The translations under genes and the position numbers were made by a program. This document shows positions 47,278 to 59,979 of a DNA stretch of 64,000 nucleotides, one piece after another. Source of the stretch: Vermamoeba vermiformis (taxonomy: Eukaryota); assembly GCA_045837725.1 (NCBI GenBank), contig JBEWZL010000076.1, positions 1 through 64,000 of the forward strand, written 5' to 3'. Within the stretch, counting starts at the first letter, position 1; each line of letters opens with the position of its first letter. The notes under the pieces are model-generated. The model had not been told where the DNA came from. It made no database searches and saw only the letters and a program-made list of their open reading frames with translations.

Positions 47278-49554
47278 ATGCAACCAATACCCGAAGAATC
47301 AGCGGTGAATGATCCCAAGGGAAGTCTGACTAGCTTGGAAGATCGCATCGAGAAGAGCAAAAAGTTATTACGTCCAGTACTGAATTTGAGCAAATCACTC
47401 GATTTAAATGGCTCTATTAATACAGCGGATGCTATTGTTGAATCGCCTTCAGAAATCATGCACGATCTAGCCACTATGTTTGGGCAACGCAGAATCTATT
47501 TCAAAAAAAAGGCAGCATTTGTATTATGGCGTGACTATACCAGAAGAAAAGTTGTGAAGCGACTAAAGAAGGATCTAATGGAAAAAGAGCGCGTAAGAAA
47601 AATATTTAAATTTTAATAATTCGCAAAATTATCTAATTAATAATATCCTATTATTATAGCGATTACTAGTGTCAGAAAATAAGAACAAAATTCTTCAAAA
47701 TTCTTTTGCGACGCTTGGCTCGATGTCAGCAATTGCTTTCTTTTTAATCGTCGCCTATTACAACTACATTATGATACATCCATATTTCTACCCTATGTAA
47801 GTAGTAACCCCGCTACAAACATCATTCAGTTTGTTTGCAACGCATCTGACCTTTTGGCAGATTCATGGCAATTCTCATCGCGATTCCGCTGAGTCAAGTG
47901 CGCGACAAATTAGTGCAATTTATCGGCGTATTTGATGCATGGTACAGCACGCGACAGAAGCGCAAACTGACCGCGGCAGTGTTTTACAGCTCGGTAGTAT
48001 TGTTGATCCTGTTGTCGTTGACCTTTGGTAAGATCTAATAGACGACTTGCTGAATGTAAGCTAATGGCCTATTATGATAGGAATATTATACACGCCACTG
48101 TTAGGACTATCGGTACTATTAGCTGCGAGTTTGTTGTGCTTGATAGTCGCGTGGAAAGTTCGATCTCAAAGAAATTTCATTATGAGCCTTTGTAAGTCAC
48201 CCCTTATCTTATTAACAATATACTAGAAACAGTATTATCTGAATTACGACTAACATGGCATTGTAAACAGATCTGGTGGCCAGCTTTCTATTCGCGGTTG
48301 TTTTTCCGTCTGTATTCTTGGTCCGCAACTGCGTGCAAGAGTCAATTACACTAACGACCAAAATCAACGAATATTTACAAACAAATGAAGAAATGCAGCA
48401 GATTATGAATGAAGGACTCGATCAATCTGCGATCTACCACAAAATCGTCGATTACGCAGCTACATGGGGTAAACCGAATACTTACTTCGAAATGGACTTA
48501 CTAATATGATATTATAGGTATATCAAGGTCTGAATTGACTCCTGCTGCAATCAAAGCACGATTAGCGAGCGGAGTCTCGATCTTGACGAACAATGTTAGC
48601 GTCTTCTTTGGTACTTCTTACAACGTGATCACAAACATCACAAATACACTAGTCTCGCTTCTTATATTCTTATCGGCCCTATTCTACATCGTTTCGGTAC
48701 GTAAAGAGAACAAAAATTTTATGCATCTAAATACTTCGCATCCAGTACAAAGATGTGTTGTCCAAAGAAATTATAGAAGTAAGTCCCTTCACTGAAAAAG
48801 AGCAAATGAAGCTCGGCACATCGTTGAAGAACAGCGTCAGTCGCATTTTCATTTGTTCGCTGATCACCGGTCTGATCCACTTTACCGCAACATTTGCCTC
48901 ATTCGCACTCCTTGGCTTAGAGCTTAAATACATCGCTGCAGTAATTAGGTACCGCCTATAATATTTTAAATACAAATACAAATTAGCACGCGTATACACA
49001 ACTCGTGCTCATATTCACCAACATAGTGCCTTTCTCGCCATTATTCCCGTACTCTCCACGTGGATTATTTGGGTGCCTGTCACAGGCTGGCTCATATTCT
49101 CAGGAGACATTGTGCGCGGTGCTATTCTAGCCTCTGTGCACATCTTAGCTTCATATGTGCTCGATCCGCAAGTGTTTGCGTTGATCCCAGGTACGTCCAT
49201 CAGTCAAACCAATACACAAGGCATCTTATTGAATATTATATATTAGGAAATCCATACTATGCAGGCATGAGTGTCTTTTTCGGCATTAGTGCTTTTGGCC
49301 CGATCGGTGCTTTGACTGGTCCCTTACTAGGTACGAACTCTTACCTATATTAAAACGCCCTAAATTACGACTAATATAACCTTGTAGCTGGTATTCTCGT
49401 CACTACAATGGATATTTACAAGTCGTTCTACGCCTCGCGTGCAGCGCAGAAACTAGACGACAACTCCAAGCAGCGCATTGCTCATCTGCACAAGGTCTCT
49501 AATGAAGTCAAGCGCATTCAACAGATAGACGAACGATTGCACCTCGCGCAATAA
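47278..49554 (+). CDS. TMEM245 / AI-2E-family membrane protein, multi-exon
   Basis: PYFYPIFMAILIAIPL, FLSALFYI, IIPVLSTWIIWVP, NPYYAGMSVFFGISAFGPIGALTGPL. Confidence 0.8.
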
Positions 49555-49869
49555 TGAGAAGACTTTGAGCCCAAGCGCGTTCAATTCCTCGGCGAACTCA
49601 AGGCAAATTACTGTGCTAAAATTGCCCGCTGTTCTGTTCCGCAAGCCAAAAAATCCCGATAACAACCGGTTTTCGCAAGTACGAGCAAACCAGTGCTGAA
49701 CTACAATTTTAAGTAGCACAAAGTGCGAATCGGCAGCGAAATAATAGGTTGCCAATACGGTATTGTACAATTATCTAGATCAGCTAGTTTTATTCTCGTT
49801 TGTAATTTGGTACATCTGCAGGCATCTTCGAGAGCTCTTCTCTGATAAGACGCGCCATCACATTACTGT

Positions 49870-52759
49870 CTAAGTAAATCGCCACAACTTGCCAAACGCA
49901 CCGAGCATCGTGCTAAAATTTTCCTCGTGCACAAGAATTAGTCGCCTTGTTTTTTCCAAGGTTTTGGCTTCAGCAATTGGTCGATTAGTGATGAACAGCA
50001 GTGGGATTGTAGCTGGAACTTTGCTTCGTTCTTCAATGATCACTGCTCTTGACACATTTGTGTTTGTATCTGATTCCCCAATTCGTTGCGTGTGCTTGGT
50101 CTGTATTGCTAGCACAATTGTGTTGTCGACGTAAACAGCCACATCCCAAGACGAAGCCATTGGTGCATTGCGAACGACCAAAAAGTTCATTTCTGCTTTG
50201 GCCTTTTGTAGTGACACTTTGGCATCCTCCTTGTCTTCTGGGTCCTCAACTTCTTCGATTTTTTGTTCTAGTGGACAGATATGTTGCACAGTCAAAGCTG
50301 ACGTGACCTCTGAACCTGATTTACAAGCGGATAACAATTTACGCACGGCAAATGGTCCTAACGGCACTTCTTGCTGCTCTATATTGTGTGGCATGGAAAG
50401 GCCCTCGAAGAGATTTTTCAAGCTGACTGTTTTGTAGCCGCACATCCAGTAAGCCCGAAGGCGTAATGCAACCAGTTCAGCAGTGAATTCCTAACGGATT
50501 ATTATTAATTATTGTTTCGCGATAGGCCAGTTGAAGACTTACTTCGAAATCTTCCCATCGCCATTGAAAATCAGGACAAAACAGTCTTAAGCTGAACATG
50601 TTCTTGATGCTTTTCTTCGTAATATACCAGCGGATGACAGCGAGCGGCAATGACAAGTAGCCTTCTGTTTGTTGGGTGCCTAAACCCTTACTACTACTCT
50701 GGACCCATACAGCTGAACCTTGAAAAATGAGCTGCTTAACAGTGGTTGCATGGTTTCCCTACAACAACATAACGTATTAACGACACCATGACCCCAGCAA
50801 TAGTATTCATTTAAAAGGTATTAAATAAATCAACAGGAAAATAGTAATAGTAATTTTTGATGTTGCCATGGCTAGGCTGCTACTTACACCAGTTAGTGCC
50901 CTTCCTAACATTAGTTTGACTTGTGCTAAGCAAACTGAGGTGATTGTTTTGTAATAGTCTTCAGAATTCCCTTGTCTTTCAGAGTAGAGTGCCCAGTACT
51001 TTTTTTTCACCTCTTTCAACAATTGCTTTGCGTTGCAGCGGTTCAAGTCTGCACTAGCCAGGGAAGCAGCTAGAAATTCAATCAAACGAGGATTGCCATC
51101 TATGATACTTTTTTTAGTTGCTGTCAAACATTTAAATCTCAAAATCTAAATAATTACGGCATCGTTGCCCATCAATAAAATAATATTATTTGTAATTTTC
51201 CAATAACTTACCCAGCCACCGCAAGCTCTCTTCGACAAAAGGCATTGCAAGAATTTCTTTCGCATTTGCTTTGTGGTACATTTTTGTCATGACATCTTCG
51301 AGAAGCTTGCTGGCGTCCGATAGACACAGGGGTTGCAAGTTGATCAAAGTTATTCCGCCGGTACTTGCATTAAGGTTCGTCCATTCGGTTTCGTCGAAAG
51401 ACGCTCTCAAAAACGCTACATGTGTGCCACTAATGATCAATTGGACAGTGATGTCCTCCTTCATATTAGCACACAAGCGGACGGCGTGGCGGAGTTTGAG
51501 GAGCTCATTAAACTCCAAGTTTTGAATCTCGTCCAGATAGATCACAAGTTTCAATCGAATGTTTGGGTCCTACGAATGATAGGATTATAACGTGTCAAAT
51601 ATCGAATTTAATTGTGAACCAAAGATTTTTCGGCTGCACTCGGTCAAAATTGGCTACGTCTCGCCGGTAATTTTGTCGCTGGGAAAAGCTAAATTTTGGA
51701 GGTTCGTCGGAAAATAGCTATGAACTTACTTTTTTCGAGGTCACTGCTTCCTGAACAAACGCCGTCAAGTTCGCACTCAAATTGTCTTCGTTGAAGCCTA
51801 AGTATGGCTTCAACAACTCGTTGACGTTACTGCAGAGAGGAGGGACATCCACCAACACTTGCAGATCGAACTCCAACTTTTCGATAAATTGCAATGCAAG
51901 CCGAGTCTTTCCAATGCCACAAGGTCCGCCGATCGCTATTGTAGTTGGTCGGAACCCTAAAATCCCCTGATTCTCGGCGAAAACTTGTTCCATCCGATCC
52001 AGATCAGTTTTCCTCCCGACCCAAGCTTTCTTCTGACTGACCGTCTGCACGGAATAAATTTAAATTTTAAAATTGAAACGAATAGATATGAAGCGTACCA
52101 AATTGCCAGCAGGGCCTGAGCGATTGATCTTTTGTCTCTTGTTCTTTCGAGGTTCTTCATCAGAATCAGCCGAAGCGGCTTCAGAATGCTTTCTTTTTTT
52201 GCCTTGCGTAGAATTTAGCAAAAAACAAATAATTATAAGGAGCTAAGTATTGGTAATTACTTGGTTTCGCGAAAGGCTCGATCTCAACCCACAACGTTCG
52301 CAGGGAAGACCTAGAAATCAGCCCATTCTTCGTTTCTTCTTCGAAATCGGAAAACACGTCTGTAATTGATTTGTAAGCAAGAAGCGACTTTCCATTAACC
52401 CTTGCTTTCATCAGTACATCCAGGTCGCCTTGTTCAAAGCCCAAGACGTTCCGCGCCCAATCCGCCACGTCTTCCTTCGTCCACTCTGCTACTGGCTTTG
52501 CGGATTTCGTGTCTGCATAACTAATGCTTTAAGACTAATAGTTGTGACAAAGATCGAACGAGATTCGGATTCAAGATTTAGTTATAGTGGCCGTATTTAA
52601 TTTAATTTGATTATTGTAAGTATACGTATTTTGAAACATAATTGAGACCAGCTAGGGATTTAATTAAACGAGATTCGGATTCAATTATCGGTCAAGTCTA
52701 ATTTCTCGTAGAAGTGAGCCAATCAGAAAAGTAATATTACCTCGTGCGTTTTCCGCCAT
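49870..52759 (-). CDS. SAM domain + P-loop NTPase + PD-(D/E)xK restriction-endonuclease-fold protein (Crinkler/RHS-type effector architecture)
   Basis: SAM EWTKEDVADW...VNGKSLL; Walker A GPCGIGKT; Walker B LVIYLDEIQ; GNPRLIE; DFEEFTA; C-terminal NAPMASSWD...AIQTK. Confidence 0.8.
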
Positions 52760-53138
52760 TATATATTTACTAATAAGAAACTAATGAAATACTCTTCACG
52801 CGTGGTATCATCCATAAAAGAGAGATGATTTCAAAAAAAAAAAGGCGCGCATCTGAAATATTTGCTGAATAAAAGGCCGTTTGATTTCGAAGTCGTGCTG
52901 CCAGAGGCCATGCGGTGGCGTTGACTAAATTTTGACCATAACACGCCAAGTTATAGACTTTTCTGGCGATGACGTGCTGGGAATTTTTTCCTTCCCTTTC
53001 AGGAATTCTCAAACTAGTGACGCGTCACCAGGGGACCAAGGTACCATCGTTCGGCTATCATTCCAAACATAAAATCTTAACCAAAATGATCGTTGCCATT
53101 GTATTAATCCTCAGCAACACCGCAACACAACTCCCGCC

Positions 53139-53720
53139 ATGATCAACATCAGAAGATCCAAATCCGAAACTGCAGCCGACTACGTTAAGTTCTTCGTCGT
53201 TGGAATAGCATCAATATGGCTCTTAATAGTGAGTGGACTATGGGCGAGAAGAACGCACGAATTATTGGGCAAATCTAAAGAACCTTTGGATGCACTCACT
53301 CTCCCGCCGTTCATTGAAGGCAGTATCGAGACCTATGCCCTGATCAAGCTCACTGTAACGTATATATTATTGTTACTCCTACCAGCAGTGCCTACAGTAG
53401 TCTCCTTGTACATGTGCTACAAAACTTTCTCCAAGTTTTCGCATCCGTTCTTTAAAGGAGTAACTCTGGTGCTTAGTTTGGGTCTATTCATAGCATCAGT
53501 AATACTGCAGGTGCACTGGACATGGCACGGATTGCACTCAGGCACATTTGTATTGCCGCGAGAGGTTCTCAACGAGTCTCTGCAGCAAGCGACCTCTGTG
53601 CTCGTCAGTTTTTGGCTGCTGATCATCAGTGTATTTCCAGCTGTCATTATTGTCTCGTTAATATGCTTCGTATACTTCAAATTTTTTGGCAAGAAGAAGG
53701 AAAAGACAAGATTAGAATAG
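53139..53720 (+). CDS. Hypothetical 4-TM membrane protein, intronless
   Basis: 193-aa ORF with four hydrophobic segments and a basic C-tail; AATAAA-like signal downstream. Confidence 0.7.
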   Translation: MINIRRSKSETAADYVKFFVVGIASIWLLIVSGLWARRTHELLGKSKEPLDALTLPPFIEGSIETYALIKLTVTYILLLLLPAVPTVVSLYMCYKTFSKFSHPFFKGVTLVLSLGLFIASVILQVHWTWHGLHSGTFVLPREVLNESLQQATSVLVSFWLLIISVFPAVIIVSLICFVYFKFFGKKKEKTRLE

Positions 53721-54052
53721 AGATAATTTGGTTACTGTACAGATTTCAAATAAATAAGTAGTTCGATTATCCTGAATGTTCATATTTTTTTCTATTATTT
53801 GTAGGACGTTAATCATTATTTTGGCTTTTAAATAACGCATCTCGTGCTAGTAGCTTCTTATTTTAAGTGCAGTGCGAAACTATTGATGGCCTTTGACTAC
53901 ACATTGAATTAGTGACGTGGTCGTGTTGCTCACGTCAGATCAACGAAATGAACTCAGTTTTTGTTTAGTTCACTTAACGTGCTTGAAATTCGGATCTCAG
54001 TTCACGGAGCATATTTCTTTACACATCTAACAACACTAGCACACGCTTGCAA

Positions 54053-56608
54053 ATGAGTCATCGTTATTACAACCGAGTACCACGCACGCGTGAGTTCCCA
54101 GTCAAGTGGTGGCAAGCTGCTTTGATCGTGGCTGGCGGTGTTGGCGCTATTGCCGCGATTGGCTTCTTAACTGGCGGCAATCAAGCCGAGAAAAAAACAA
54201 AGAAACCTTCGCAGAAACCAAAGCCTAAACAACAAGAAGGTATGTAGAACAAGATCCAGATCTTCATTCAAAAAAGCTGCCGTTATTTTTATTTGACCGA
54301 TTATAATTTGTGGATAGTATGCCATTATTAATTGGGCGCTTTAGGACGGCTAATAATATTTTCTGAATTTAATGAACAATTATTTTAATTTTATTATTAT
54401 TTTAATTCAGCCTCTTCCTATGATCTATTTGCAACATTGCTCCATCAAAGCAAGCAAGCTAAAGCAGGTCAGTCAACTATACTACACTATTAATACCCCT
54501 CGCGTCATCACGTGACTGACGTTTTTTGGATTCGATCGCATCCAGCTGGTGACTTCAAATACGCTGAAGAATACGCGATGAAAGCTTATGAATATGCTAA
54601 GACTACTCTCGGCGAGAAGTCAGAAATAGTAGGCTTGGTATTGTTCATGTTGTACGACATTTACAGCTCGCAACACAATCTTGAACGCGCTGAATGGGCT
54701 TTGTTGCAGTACGTAACGGATCTAGGTTAATAATAGGACCTTAGGAATATATCGTAGTAATATTAATATAACAGTATCTCATGTATTCAATAATCCGTAA
54801 TCCTATTTTTGCTCGAACTATTTTTATTGAACGAAAATGCAGATCTATAACCACAAATAAGCAAAATAAGCCTGTATAGAATATATTATATATTTATGCG
54901 CATTAGTATCTAATACACTCGCTAATTGCTGTCTATGCAGAGCTATTTCAGTGTTGAAGCTGCATCAAAACACAAAAGAGACCTACGCCTTCTCATTGCG
55001 CAATCTGGCTGATATTTACACCATTCAAGTACGTATTAGCATATACTTATATATAGTGATTAATTAATAATGAAACGAAGCTCGTGTAACGGATCCGAAT
55101 TTTAATCGGTTTCAGGATCTCGGTCCAAAAATACTTTATATGGCTAAGAATTAATACTAATGCTTATACTCATATATAGGAACGATATAAAGAAGCAGAG
55201 CCGTTATCTGAAGAGGCCTCGTCCATCATCGAGCTGATCCACGAACACGAACCAGAGCACGAGAATATTGGCATGGCCTTAGCTTCGCTAGGAAACATTA
55301 AAGCTAATTTGGGCAAATATCAAGAGGTATATTTAGCGAACAGTAGCAATATAATAGCGAATATTAGTATTATTTTCTGCGGTAATTAATGTTGAAATTG
55401 GATGCAGGCTGAAAAAGCATTTAAACGAGCCTTGGCTATTTCAAAGAAGAGATTCGGTTACAACAATATGATCACTATTCAATGTATATTAAAGTACGGC
55501 CTAATGCTGCTCGATGTTGGTAAGTCAAAAGCAAATCTAGTTAAAAATGTTCCGAGGCTGATCCGAATCTGGCTTACAGGTCGTGTCGAAGAATCAGAAA
55601 AGATCTTTAAGGATACCATTACTATCATGGAGAAGGAAACTGAAGGTACTGCTATATTATAAGCTCGTGTAGTATTGTTAACTAACGTTACAAAATTCAA
55701 TAGCAAATCCAGATCTGCCGAAACAAAACACAATGCCGTTCTTGCGTCATTTAGCCGATCTATATATTGAAACTGGCAACTTTGCACAAGCTGAAGCTGT
55801 CTTGCTCAAGTAAGTCACAAATTAACCCTACATCCATCGTTGGCGCTTAGATCTCGCAAACAAATTGTCAATTTATTCATTTTACCTTATATACTAATAT
55901 ACTCATGCATATTATTAGGTTTAAAGAGGTCGCTAAGCACACTGGATTCGAACAACATGCGCATCTGTGTCTCGAAACTTTGTACTGGCAAACAGGCCGC
56001 GAAGAAGATGCGATGAACGAGCGAAATCAAATGAAGAACTTATTGAAGGACAATAGCAAGGCTTTGCCTATGACCTCGTCGAAATACTTGCTCTCAAAGT
56101 AAGCCACATCCGGTACCTCGATCGTGCCCAAATCTAACTTCAGTATTCGAATAGGGCTGCCACGCTCGAAGCCTCGTCCACTAAGCCTAATGTCTATCAT
56201 ATGAAACTGCTGATTAAGCGCGCTGTTGGCACTAAGAAGTCAAATGGTCAATTTGGCCGCGAACTCAAATTGCAACCCGGATCTGTGCTTGAATTCCACT
56301 TTGATAACCCCGATAAGCGTAAGTAGATCATATATGATATCATTTATACGATTCTAAGCTAACTTCTCGCACCAGCCTCTGAACCGCTGATCACATCCGT
56401 CGAAGTCAGTGACACTGATCAAGAAACGATTGAAGTCACCAGTGAAGCGGTGCACGGCGTTAAATTGCACGAATTTTATGAAGTGCGCGTGTATATTTAC
56501 AACAATAGGGAACGAGAGACCAAGCTCGCCGTGCACCATCAACTCGTCCGCGCTGAAGACTCGGATGTGGACAAGGAACGAAAAATTGTACCGCGATTCG
56601 TGGTGTAG
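54053..56608 (+). CDS. Membrane-anchored TPR-repeat protein (kinesin-light-chain-like TPRs), multi-exon
   Basis: N-terminal TM; TPR peptides LRNLADIY...YKEAEPL and ALASLGNIKANLGKYQEAEKAFKRALAISKKRFG. Confidence 0.8.
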
Positions 56609-56909
56609 AAGAGAAGTGAATAAACTGTCATTATACTTATAACAATCTATCCAAAGTTCCGTTTCAGAAGAACAATTGCTGCCCAAGTTTCCAACAGGCA
56701 AAATTCAATGCTCGCAACTGTTACAAAAATTCCCTTATTGCTACAGCAAAATAAATATGGTTTTAATTGTCCGAAAGTTACAAGGTTATAAATAAATTAA
56801 TAGTCTATTAATACTACGTGGTTTTGACGATGTTAATATTACAGTTGTTTGGGTTGAAAAATTGCGGGCCATGGTATAGCTTTAGATCAAAAACGAACTG
56901 TTGTAGGGC

Positions 56910-59282
56910 TTAGTTCTCGCTATCCTCCTCGCTGTCAGCTAAATAATAAGACGACATTAGCACTCGTAAATTTTAGCCCAGATCTGATCCAGTTCAACTT
57001 ACATTCAGAGCTAGAGCTGCTCTTCTCCTTAGCCTCCTCGTCCTTCTTCTCTTCGACGGGGGCCTCTTCTTCCTTCTTTTCTTCTTCTTTCTTCTCTTCA
57101 GCAACAGCAACTTCCGCTTGAACTTCAACTTTAGGGGCCTCTTCAACGGGTTTAGTCTCGACTTCAGCGGGCTTTTCTTCGGCCTTCACTTCGACATTGA
57201 CATTTGACTCGATTTTAGGGGCCTCAACAGCGACTTCTGTCTTGGTCTCGGCAGCAACAGGAGCTGATTCGTCGGTCTTAACTTCGACGCTGGCCTCGGC
57301 GGTGGGTGCCTTGACCTCAACATCGGCGCCTTTGTCTTTTTTGTCGCCTTGCTCTTCGTCCTCGCCAATCGTGGCCAAGCTAGCAGCAGACGCGAGTTCG
57401 TCTTTCTTTTCGCCCTTCTTGGCCTTGGCAGCCTCGTCTTTAGCCTTCTTCTCGTCCTCTTTGGACTTCCTCTTCTCCTCATCCTTGGCTTTCTTGTCCT
57501 CGGCCAACTTCTTCTTGGCCTCTTCCTTGGCTTTTTTCTCTTCCTCCTTGGCCTTCTTCTTCTCTTCTTCTTTGGCCTTCTTGTCCTCTTTAGTTGACTT
57601 CTTCAAGTCTGACTTGCTGTCTTTGCGTGCCTTTTTGACATCGTCGCTCATGTCGGCCTTGCTGCCGCGACGAGATCCAGATCCAGAGCCCTTCAGGTCG
57701 CTTGAGCTGCCGCGTTTCGAGCCCTTAAGCTCGTTCTTATCCTTCGAGCTTCTCAAGTCGCTCTTGCTGCCACGTCGTGCTTGGCTAGCACCAGCTGAGG
57801 CAGGTTGATTGAGCTTGCCTTCTAACGGTGTGCCTTTAGTTTTTTCAGCGACAATGTGGTCCACGCAAGCCTTGATGTCATCGAGCTGCACGATAGAAAT
57901 ATTAATGACTATTTCCTTATTAAGTAACAGAGGTTTTTCAACGTACTTCGCTAGACATGAATCTGAACATGGTGCAGCCAGGCGGCAATTTAGCCTTGTT
58001 GTCGGCTTTTTTCTCGCCAGATCCGTTAGGATCTTCCCAAACAAATCTGAACTCTTCCAAAGGAATATAGAACTTGAAGGTAGGAATGTTTTTCCATAAA
58101 TGGACGCTAGCTTGCTATAATAAGGAATAATTCGTCAGACCAATACCGAAAACAAATCAAGCAATATATCTCGTCAAATTACGACTATATTGCTGAAATT
58201 AAGTATATTGTCATATTTTGCGTAATATTGACCAATCTATATCATTAAAATAAAATCCGAAGCGGATCCATTGACGAAACGGAAACACGTTCGGAAATCT
58301 CGCTTCACATTTGTGTTTTTGCTTAGGAAATGCATAGTACTTACTTTAAAGCTATTACGAATGACATCGCAATCAATTTTCTCGGGCTGTTCAACGAAGG
58401 AAATGCCCTCGGTGTCCAAGTGCAAGACTAACTTTTTGTTCTTTGCACCTTTGTCGCTAGTAACGTGCTATAGTAATACAACAATGTTAGTATACGATGA
58501 ATAGGCGCTTTGATATTTTCAGTTTGTTTCCTAACCGAAATAATCGTCGCGAGGTCGATATCGTAAATTTAAAAATAATTCCCTTTATAGAAACAACTAA
58601 ACTAATAAAACGGAAGAAGGAGCAAATAATATATAAATTAAACAAATAAGCGAAAGATTCAATGATGTAATTTGCCGCATCTGAAATTAAATTGTTAAAA
58701 CACAAAAACGGCAAAATTGAGACACAAGTGTAAATGTTGGTCAAGTTTACCTTAACTAAGAAATAAGATGGCACTCCCTCACCATTGAGATCGCCTAAAT
58801 TGGTTAATTATTAATTTGCAAGCGAGATCGAGGTATAACGTACTAAGCAAACGTCTGTTTTTCTTCTTGGGATCAAGTAATTCTGAAAAAAAGTTCACGT
58901 TGGTACCCACGCCGGGGGATCCTCTAATACTAAATCTCTTGCTTGAGCGCTTGTTTTCTTTGGGCTTTTCTTCCTTGGGAGGTTTAGCAGGTTTCTCTGC
59001 TTTGGATTCGCTCTTCTCTTTCTTCTTATCCTTCTTTCCGTCCTTGCTCTCTGACTTAGACTCTTTATCGTCCTCTTTTTTCTCAGCAGAATTTTCTACT
59101 GGCGCTGCATCTGCGCTGCCAGCAGGTTCGGGTGTTGTCTTTTCAGATTGAGATTCGCTTTGCTTGACCTCGACTTCCTCTGCTTTCTTTTCAGACGCGT
59201 CCATATTTGAATCCGCAGTTTGTTCAGCTTGAGGTGCTGCTTGCTTTTCAGAACTGCTGCTGCTGCTCTCTTTGTCAGACAT
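56910..59282 (-). CDS. Hypothetical protein with a central PH/PTB-like globular domain between K/E-rich low-complexity regions
   Basis: Spliced domain KKLVLHLDTEGISFVE...HLWKNIPTFKF...TMFRFMSSELDDIKACVDHIV; KKAKEEE and EVK repeats. Confidence 0.65.
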
Positions 59283-59979
59283 CTTCCCGAATAAATCTAC
59301 GCAATGAAAATTAAAATTAGTATATCGACACCCATTCAATAATTAGTATATGTTAGTATTATTTGTGCTGATTGGAGAGGTAAATAAATTTGTTGGTGCT
59401 CGATTTTCCACGGGGATCAAAATCCAACGGCTAACTCCACCAAAAAAACTCATTCCACGACACCTACCAAACTAACAAGAGCTTTAAAAAGGTACAATAG
59501 AGAAAGCACTCGTGGTTCTACACAACAATTTAAAATTGAAAATTGCTCGGCCACAAAAACGGTGTAACTACACACTATCTCGCAGCGGAGATAAAAATGC
59601 ACACGAGCAGCACGTGGCTGCAAGAAAGATCGTGACGAGATTGGCATGTACGAACGTCATTGGTCGAGTACACCAATCATACACAACAAAAGCCAAAAAG
59701 GACTTGGACACAACTAGTCGGAGCATCCGCAATTTAAATTACGGCATATTGAAATCATGTGAGTCCTTGTAACTACGGAGATAAAGTAATAGTATAATAC
59801 CATAAGAAAGAAGCTGATTACATTTAAGGGGGTTTTATTGTACTTTGTTACAAATTGTTTTTTTGTTTGGATCACATCCACCGCACAACGATTATTAATC
59901 ATTTGCGTCGAGTAGATTAGTACTAACTATATCACAAAAGGAGAATTTTCTCCTCATTAAGGGTCGTCGATCCAGACGT

